A stretch of DNA of 64,000 nucleotides from the human T2T-CHM13v2.0 reference genome, Homo sapiens, in assembly GCF_009914755.1 (NCBI RefSeq), contig NC_060939.1, one strand, 5' to 3'. Both the position numbers and the translations under genes were made by a program. The notes under the pieces were generated by a model that was not told the DNA's origin, did no database searches, and saw only the letters and a list, made by a program, of their open reading frames with translations. Positions 56,930 to 64,000 of this stretch are shown here, one piece after another. Each line of letters begins with the position of its first letter. Position 1 is the stretch's first letter.

Positions 56930-57900
56930 CTGTAACATGCGCCACCATAACTCTCCACCTTAGCCCACATTGCCACAGCACTCGCGAAGTCCGCGGGCCT
57001 CAATATGGCGCTTCATTCTATTTTAGGGTATTTTCTGCTTGTTTCCTGCACACACAGTTGCGCGAGGCACAGCCCCGAGTGACCCGCGCACGAGTGGCCC
57101 CCGCTTCCAGACTCGCCGCCGCAGGCCGGCGAGGGCAGCCTAAGCCGCTTCCCGCCCCCGCGGGGACCGTCGCCAGCCCGCAGCTCTAGCGGGAGGCGGT
57201 TCCACAGAGAGCCCGGCAGTCCCGCCACCGTCAGCACCGGCGCCTCGGGAGGGCTTTCCCCACCTCTGGGAGGCACAAATCCTCAGGGGCTCCTCGAGAG
57301 GGATCCAGGGAGAAGATGCGTGCGGACACCTTTTGGCCCTCTGAGGCCGCTGTAGCTCCCTGGCAGAAACCCGGAAGTGGAAATCTCAGCCATTCAGCGT
57401 TTGGGTGAAGATGAAGGCGGGTTCTGGACAGACGTACGCTGTCAGGAAGTGTTTACTTCGCTTCCACTTCTGTTCCTCCCCGCCCTGGTGCTGCTCCAGG
57501 TCACATACTTGTCCTGAGCCGGCTTCACCCTCTCCGCGCAGAAGTCTCCCGGAGCCATGGCTGAGTACTCTTTTGTGAAGTCTACCAAGCTTGTGCTCAA
57601 GGGAACCAAGGCGAAGAGCTGGGTCCTGCAGCTCCGGCGGGAGCCTCCTCGGTTCTTTTCGGATGCACTCCACCCCCGCGGATCCGGTGGAAGCCGTGGT
57701 GCGAAGAGCTGGCTTCGTGGCCTCCCAGGTTTCGCCCTGACCCTGTCTGGGCTGGACGGAGGCCCGACCGCGGTTCGTGGCGCCTGTGCAGAGAGGGGCA
57801 ACCTCCCGCGCTGACGACCCTGGAAACAGGATAGACGGGCGGGTGACCTGTGGCCCCGTACCCACGAGTTTGGGTCCGCTGAGGCATCTCTCCAGGCCTC
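56930..57900. promoter_or_regulatory. CpG island / FRG1-type promoter
   Basis: only strongly CpG-dense stretch in the window; ETS ccggaagtg 57371-57379; YY1-like caatatggcg 57001-57010; ctcgcga 56981-56987; GC boxes. Confidence 0.85.
57557..57618 (+). pseudogene. FRG1: FRG1-like exon 1 coding part; donor site mutated (AG|CTGGGT)
   Basis: matches recalled FRG1 N-terminus MAEYSYVKSTKLVLKGTKTKS; the 62 coding nt are followed by 'ctgggt' at 57619. Confidence 0.9.
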
Positions 57901-58039
57901 TGCCTGGTGGGTCTGCGTTAGTCTGATCTTGTAGTTCATGATAATAACTTCGTTTACTAGGGATTATTCTTTTCTCCATTGTCTCTTCCTGGAAAAATTA
58001 TTGATTATTTTTTTCTAAGCTAGTATGTAGAGTGAAACC

Positions 58040-58290
58040 AGGATGAATCACACAGTGGTTGAGGTGTACATAGGCTTTGATAGGGATATGGGATGGAACC
58101 TGCACTCTGTCATTTACTAATTTTGTAATTTGTGGCAAATTGGTTAATATGTCTGAACTTCCACTTACTCATTAAGAGATCAAGTATCTTTAAACCTTCG
58201 TTTACATATTTATACTTTCAGACCATTTTTTATACCTTTAGAAGACTGTGAGGATTAAATTAGAGAACGTATATGCAGTAAATAAATTGA
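58040..58290 (+). mobile_element. MIR
   Basis: 'ctctgtcatttacta...ggcaaattggttaat', 'gactgtgaggattaaattagagaa'. Confidence 0.6.
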
Positions 58291-58769
58291 GCCAAATGTG
58301 AGGAGGAGGTCGTAGTGGTAATTTGTTAGCTCTTTAGGAGAAAAATACCTGTGCATTCATATCCCCGCTTCTTTTTTAACTGGCAGATTTGCCTGAGGTT
58401 GACTGTACGTACAAATATTGAGCATTTCCTCCTGGTCTCCATGATAAACAGAGGTCTTGATATTGTTAGGCGAGATGGAAAGTATCAAAGAGTGAGCTGA
58501 AACCACTGCCTTTGAGAACCCTCACAAGGAGTCTGGCCTCATGAAGATGCCAGAATAAATGGCAGGTATATCCTGAATGAATGTGAGATTTTTACTCTGT
58601 GAATTTCCTGTGAGGAGTGGTGAGTTATCCTCTGAAAACTTTATGATGAAAATGCAGACAAGAGTGTCTTAAGATTATCGCAGTAATCATAATTAATGCT
58701 TATATAGCACTTTCAATGCGCCAAGAAATTGTTGTAGGCACTTTGCACATTAACTTTTTTCAAATCGCT

Positions 58770-59395
58770 CTTGGGTTTTTATTTTTTTATAGCGATGTAA
58801 TTCATAATTATAAAATTCACCCTTTTGTACAGTCAGTGGTTTTTAGTACATATTCAAGAGGTTCACCACTGTCTAGTTGCTCAGCATTTTCATCATCTCA
58901 GAAGGAAATCTCTTCCTACCCATTAAAGCAGTCACATCCCATCCTCCCTCTCTCCTAGTCCTTGGCAACCACTAGTCTGCTATCTATGTGAAATTGCCTA
59001 TTCTGAATATTTCCTAAGAAATCATGCAACATGTGGCCTTTTGTATCTGGCTTCTTTCACTTATAACATTCTTGAGGACCATCATTGTTGTAGCACTTGT
59101 TCCTTTTTATGGCTGCATAGTATTCCATTGTATGGATGTAACATTTTGTTCATCCATTCATCAGTTGATGAACATTTAGGTTGTTTCCCCTTTTTGACTA
59201 TTGTGACTAATGTTAGTGTGAATATTCTTATGTAAGTATTTTTGTGGGGGTATGTTTTCATTTCCCTTGGGTATACATACTTAGGAGTAAAATTGCTGGG
59301 TCATATGGTAACTCTTTAACTTTTTGAGGAACCACAAACTGTTTCCTGTAGATGCTGCACCATTTTACATTTCCACCAGCAATGCGTGAAGATAC
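58770..59395 (-). mobile_element. old L1M 3' fragment in intron 1, splitting a MIR (58680-58760 / 59400-59570)
   Basis: 'catccattcatcagttgatgaacatttaggttgtttcc', 'ttgctgggtcatatggtaactct'. Confidence 0.85.
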
Positions 59396-59764
59396 ATATT
59401 ACCTCTTAATCCTCACAATAGCCTTAAGAGTTAAGTTATTATCCTAATTTTTTAAGTGGGGAAACTGACTCCCAGAGAGGTTCAGTACCTTTTCCAAAAA
59501 TCACAGAGCTAAGAAGTGACAGAATCAAGATTTAAAATCTGGCAGTGTGGCTCTACAATCTGCTTTGAACTTTAACATGATATGTACAAAGCCTGAAGCA
59601 ACTTCTCAGTATTGTATTTAAGAGGGCATAGCAATGTAAGTCTTCCTAAATCAATAATTTATAAATGAAACAGCTTAAAAGACTTCCAAGTTTCAATCTT
59701 ATGATATTTATTTATCACACAAATCAATATACCTAAACTCATCTGTATAAATAATGTCCTGTAG

Positions 59765-59834
59765 TAAGAAGAAAAAGAGGAAAGATAAGAGGAGAAAAAG
59801 AGAAGAAGATGAAGAAACCCAGTTTGATATGTTG
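59765..59834 (+). pseudogene. FRG1: FRG1-like exon 2 (70 nt, lysine-rich NLS region)
   Basis: acceptor 'cctgtag|taagaagaaaaag'; donor 'gttg|gtgagt' at 59835. Confidence 0.9.
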
Positions 59835-60714
59835 GTGAGTCAGTTTTCAGTGCTTTATTCTGAAAAAAGTTAACATTTCTTGAGATCTCATTGAAAATAT
59901 TTTCCAGTTAGAAATTTATGATGTATTCATATTTGTCTTAAAGTGCTTAAATATTACCTACAGTTGTAAATTCCATTTATTCTTTAGCACAGTAGATGCT
60001 ACTGATGCCTTTACTTCATTATCAGAACAGAGCACAGGAGAGAAGAATTACAACTCTCTGACTTAGTAGGCACCATTAGACTGCTTAATAGCCAGATATT
60101 CTGATACATAATTTTAAAGGCTTAATGTAAATGTTATTCAACCAAATATATTTTACAAGTTATTTTCTTTGAACATGTATACATTTTAGTTGTAGAAGTC
60201 AGTTGTCTCTTAAACGAATTATCTTCACAGGAAAAATCATTGTTTTGTGATCTCTGAAGTGAATGAAAATTTTAAATACAATATCAGGGTAGCCTGTAAA
60301 TGATACTAGAAATAAACTGACCCAAACACACTTAACCAGCCTGTTTTCCACTTAGTTGTTTCCGTACTTTTTTTTCTCTTTTAAAACTTGGCAAATTGCA
60401 TTTTGAATCTTCATAATTTCTAGTAGCTTAAAAATATATAAAATATGGAATGGTATAAAGCTAATATTCTGGAAGAATCATTACTTTTGAAATGGCAAAT
60501 CAATAATTCTAAAATTAGCATAAATATCTAGGGTAGATATGTAGATGTGGAATTGCTGTATCAAAGGATAGGTGAATGTTTAACTATATAAGAAACTGCC
60601 AAAAGTTTTCTAAAGTGGTTGTGCCATTTTACCCTCCCACCAACAATGAATTAGTTCTCCAGTTACATCCTTGCCAAGAGTCGATGGAGTTATCAGTCTT
60701 TTCTGTCAGTCTGA

Positions 60715-60986
<272 letters not shown>

Positions 60987-62797
60987 AGAAGCTTTTAATT
61001 TTTATAAAGCTTAGTTTATTTTTTTTTATTTTATGGTTACTGCCTTATCTCTTTGATCTAAGACATCTTTGCTTACCTCAAAGTAAGGAAAATATTCTAC
61101 ATTGTCTTTTAGAAGCCTCATAGTTTTAGTTTTTACATTAAATCTGTCATTAATCTCAAATTAATTTTTCACATGGTGTGAGTTTGGTTTCAAGATTTAC
61201 TTTTTTTTTTTTAACATCTTGATAGCCATTTGTGCCAGCACCACTGGTGTTTCCTTTTTGCATTAATCCATTTTCGTATCTTCATAAAAAATCAATTAAA
61301 TTTCTATGTATTGGTCTATTTCTGGACTCTGTTCTATCGATTGTCTGTTTTTCTATTGGTATATGTATCTTGATTACTATAATTTCATGAAGTCTTGAGA
61401 TCAGATAGTGTGTGTCCTCCAACTTTGTACTTACTAACTATTAGTTTATTAATTTCTACAGTGAAGCCTGTTGGATTTTCTCGGAGAATTGTATTGAGTT
61501 CAGATTATTTTGGGGGAGAATCAACATCTTAATATTCGGCCTCAATATTTAATAATTTTCAATGTAGCAGTCTTGCATGCCTGTTTAAAAATTTATTCTT
61601 AAGTATTCTATAATTTTACACTACTGTCAGTAGAACTTTTGAATTTGATTTTCCAGTTGTTTGCTCTCAGTATGTAGATACACAATTGATTTTTGTATAG
61701 TGACTTTGTAGTCTGATAAGTCTGTTTCACTTATTACTTCTAGTGGTTTGTTTATATAGAAAACTAAGAAATTTGCAATTACGTTTCCTCTGACTATCCT
61801 TTTACTTCTTACTTTCTAATCCTTATGTCTTGTCTTGCTTTTTATTGGTTTATTATACTGTCCAGGACTTCCATAGTGTTGAACAGAAGTCATGAGAATG
61901 GGCATAATTGCATGGTTCCCAAGCTTAGGCAGAAAGCTTTCAGTAGTCCACCGTATGGTATGATGTCTGTAGGATCTGCAGAGAAAACCTTCATCAAAAT
62001 GAGGACATTCCTTTTAAACTTTGTTTCTTGAGAGTTTTTATCATAACGATGTTTAATGCTGTCAAATGCCTCTTTCTGTATCTGTTGAGATGATTATACA
62101 ACTTTCTTCATTCTACCAATGAATTACATTGGTTTCATTTTCAACTTTTAAACTAACTTTACATCCCTGAGATAAACCCCACTTGGTTGTGGTGCGTTGT
62201 CCTTAGGGATATTGCTAGAGTTGATTTCTAGGTGTTTGTTTGTTTGTTTGTAAGATTTCTATATTGGTGTTGATGGGAGATATTGGACTTTTGTATCCTT
62301 TTCTTGTAATGACTTTATTTGATTTTGGTGTCAAGGTGATATTTGGTGTCATAAAATTAGATGGGAAGTGCTGTCTCCTTCCCTGTTTTTGGAAATAGCT
62401 GTGTAAGATCGGTATGATTTCTTATTTACATGTTTGATAGGATTTACCAGTGAAGTCATCTGAACCTAGAGGGTTTTATTTGGTTTGGTTTTATTTTTTT
62501 GTGGGAGAATTAAGATTTTTTTAAGAGATATTTTCAGATTTTTCTGTTGTCAGTTTTGGTAATTTGTGTCTTTTAGGAAAATTTCATTTCATCCAAGTTG
62601 TTGGATTTATTGGCATAAAATTGTTCAGAATATTCCTTTAATATCCTTTTAATGTCGTATAATCTAATCTGTATTGCAGTCTCTTCATATTGGTAATTTG
62701 TGTTTTTTCTATTTTTTCCTGGATCAGTCAGTCTAGCTGGAGGTTTATCAATTCTTTATAAGATCACTTATTTTAGATCACTAATGATCTTTTAATA

Positions 62798-63005
62798 CAG
62801 GGTATTCAAACTTTTAGCTTCCCTGGGCCACAATGGAAGGAGAAGAATTGTCTTGGGCCACACATAGAATACACTAATGATAAGCTGATGAGCCAGAAAA
62901 AAGGAAAAAAAATCTCATAATGTTTCAAGAAAGTTTATGAATTAGTGTTGGGCTGCATTCAAAGCTGGCCTGGGCCACATGCAGCCCTCAGGTTAGACAA
63001 GCCTG
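62798..63005 (+). mobile_element. MER30
   Basis: 'cagggtattcaaacttttagcttccctgggccacaatggaaggagaagaattgtcttgggccacac'. Confidence 0.88.
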
Positions 63006-63336
63006 TTTCAGTATTACTTATTTTCTCTTTTTTTCATTTTTTATTTCATTTATTTTCAGTCTTTTTTTTTCCTCCCTTTAACTTATTTTCAGTTTACTTT
63101 GCTCTTGTTTTATTGCTTCTTAAGAAAGCAGTTAGATATCTTCATTCCATGTTAGTTTTAGTTATAGTCAACACATTTTGCTTTCATTTTCATTCCATTC
63201 AAAATATCATCTAGTTTTCCTTGTGATTTTTCTTTTCATGGACATTTGAGTTATTTAAAAGTGTATTGTTTTTAATTTCTACTACATAGAGATATTATAG
63301 GTATGTTATTGTTGCTGATTTCTAATTCATTTATAG

Positions 63337-63752
<416 letters not shown>

Positions 63753-64000
63753 TAGATCAACTGGTGGAGCTTGTGACTATGCACATCTTCTGTGTCCTTA
63801 CTGATTTTTTACTCATCATACAATGTATTGAGAGTTATGTTAAAATCTCCAGCTGTAATTCTAGATCTGTCTACTTGAGCAGTTTTTGCTTAAAGTATTT
63901 TGAAGCTGTCATGTGTACACACTTAGGATTGTTAAGTCTTCCTTATAAATTCAGTCTTTCATTTTCATAACATTTTAACCTTTATTTCTGTTAAATGTCT

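Noticed and set aside
57386-57979. 197-aa and 165-aa antisense ORFs over FRG1-like exon 1
   Set aside because: CpG-island stop depletion; no known protein similarity recognised

Overview
Primate (human-like) genomic DNA, very rich in interspersed repeats, that ends in the 5' part of an unprocessed FRG1 paralogue. This comprises a CpG-island promoter at ~56.9-57.9 kb, exon 1 (ATG 57557) and exon 2 (59765-59834). The copy looks disabled: the exon-1 donor reads CT instead of GT, and exon 2 is 70 nt rather than the 71 nt I recall for FRG1. That fits one of the segmentally duplicated FRG1 pseudogene copies, though I cannot say which. The upstream ~57 kb has no credible protein-coding gene and is made of Alu/FLAM, L1, L2, MIR, MaLR (THE1/MST/MLT1) and DNA-transposon fossils. 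The most notable structures are: (1) a full-length 7SL retrocopy whose 3' part has expanded into a 10-copy, 31-33 bp minisatellite; (2) a three-level nest of Ricksha MULE transposon (transposase remnant plus captured ERVL/MLT2 piece) > FLAM > complete THE1 provirus; (3) a diverged local duplication around a GC-rich promoter-like cassette, ending in a 34-nt near-exact copy of an L1 segment 7.26 kb away; (4) a probable very old non-L1 LINE reverse-transcriptase fossil. Repeat subfamily names come from recalled consensus sequences and boundaries are approximate. No search was run.
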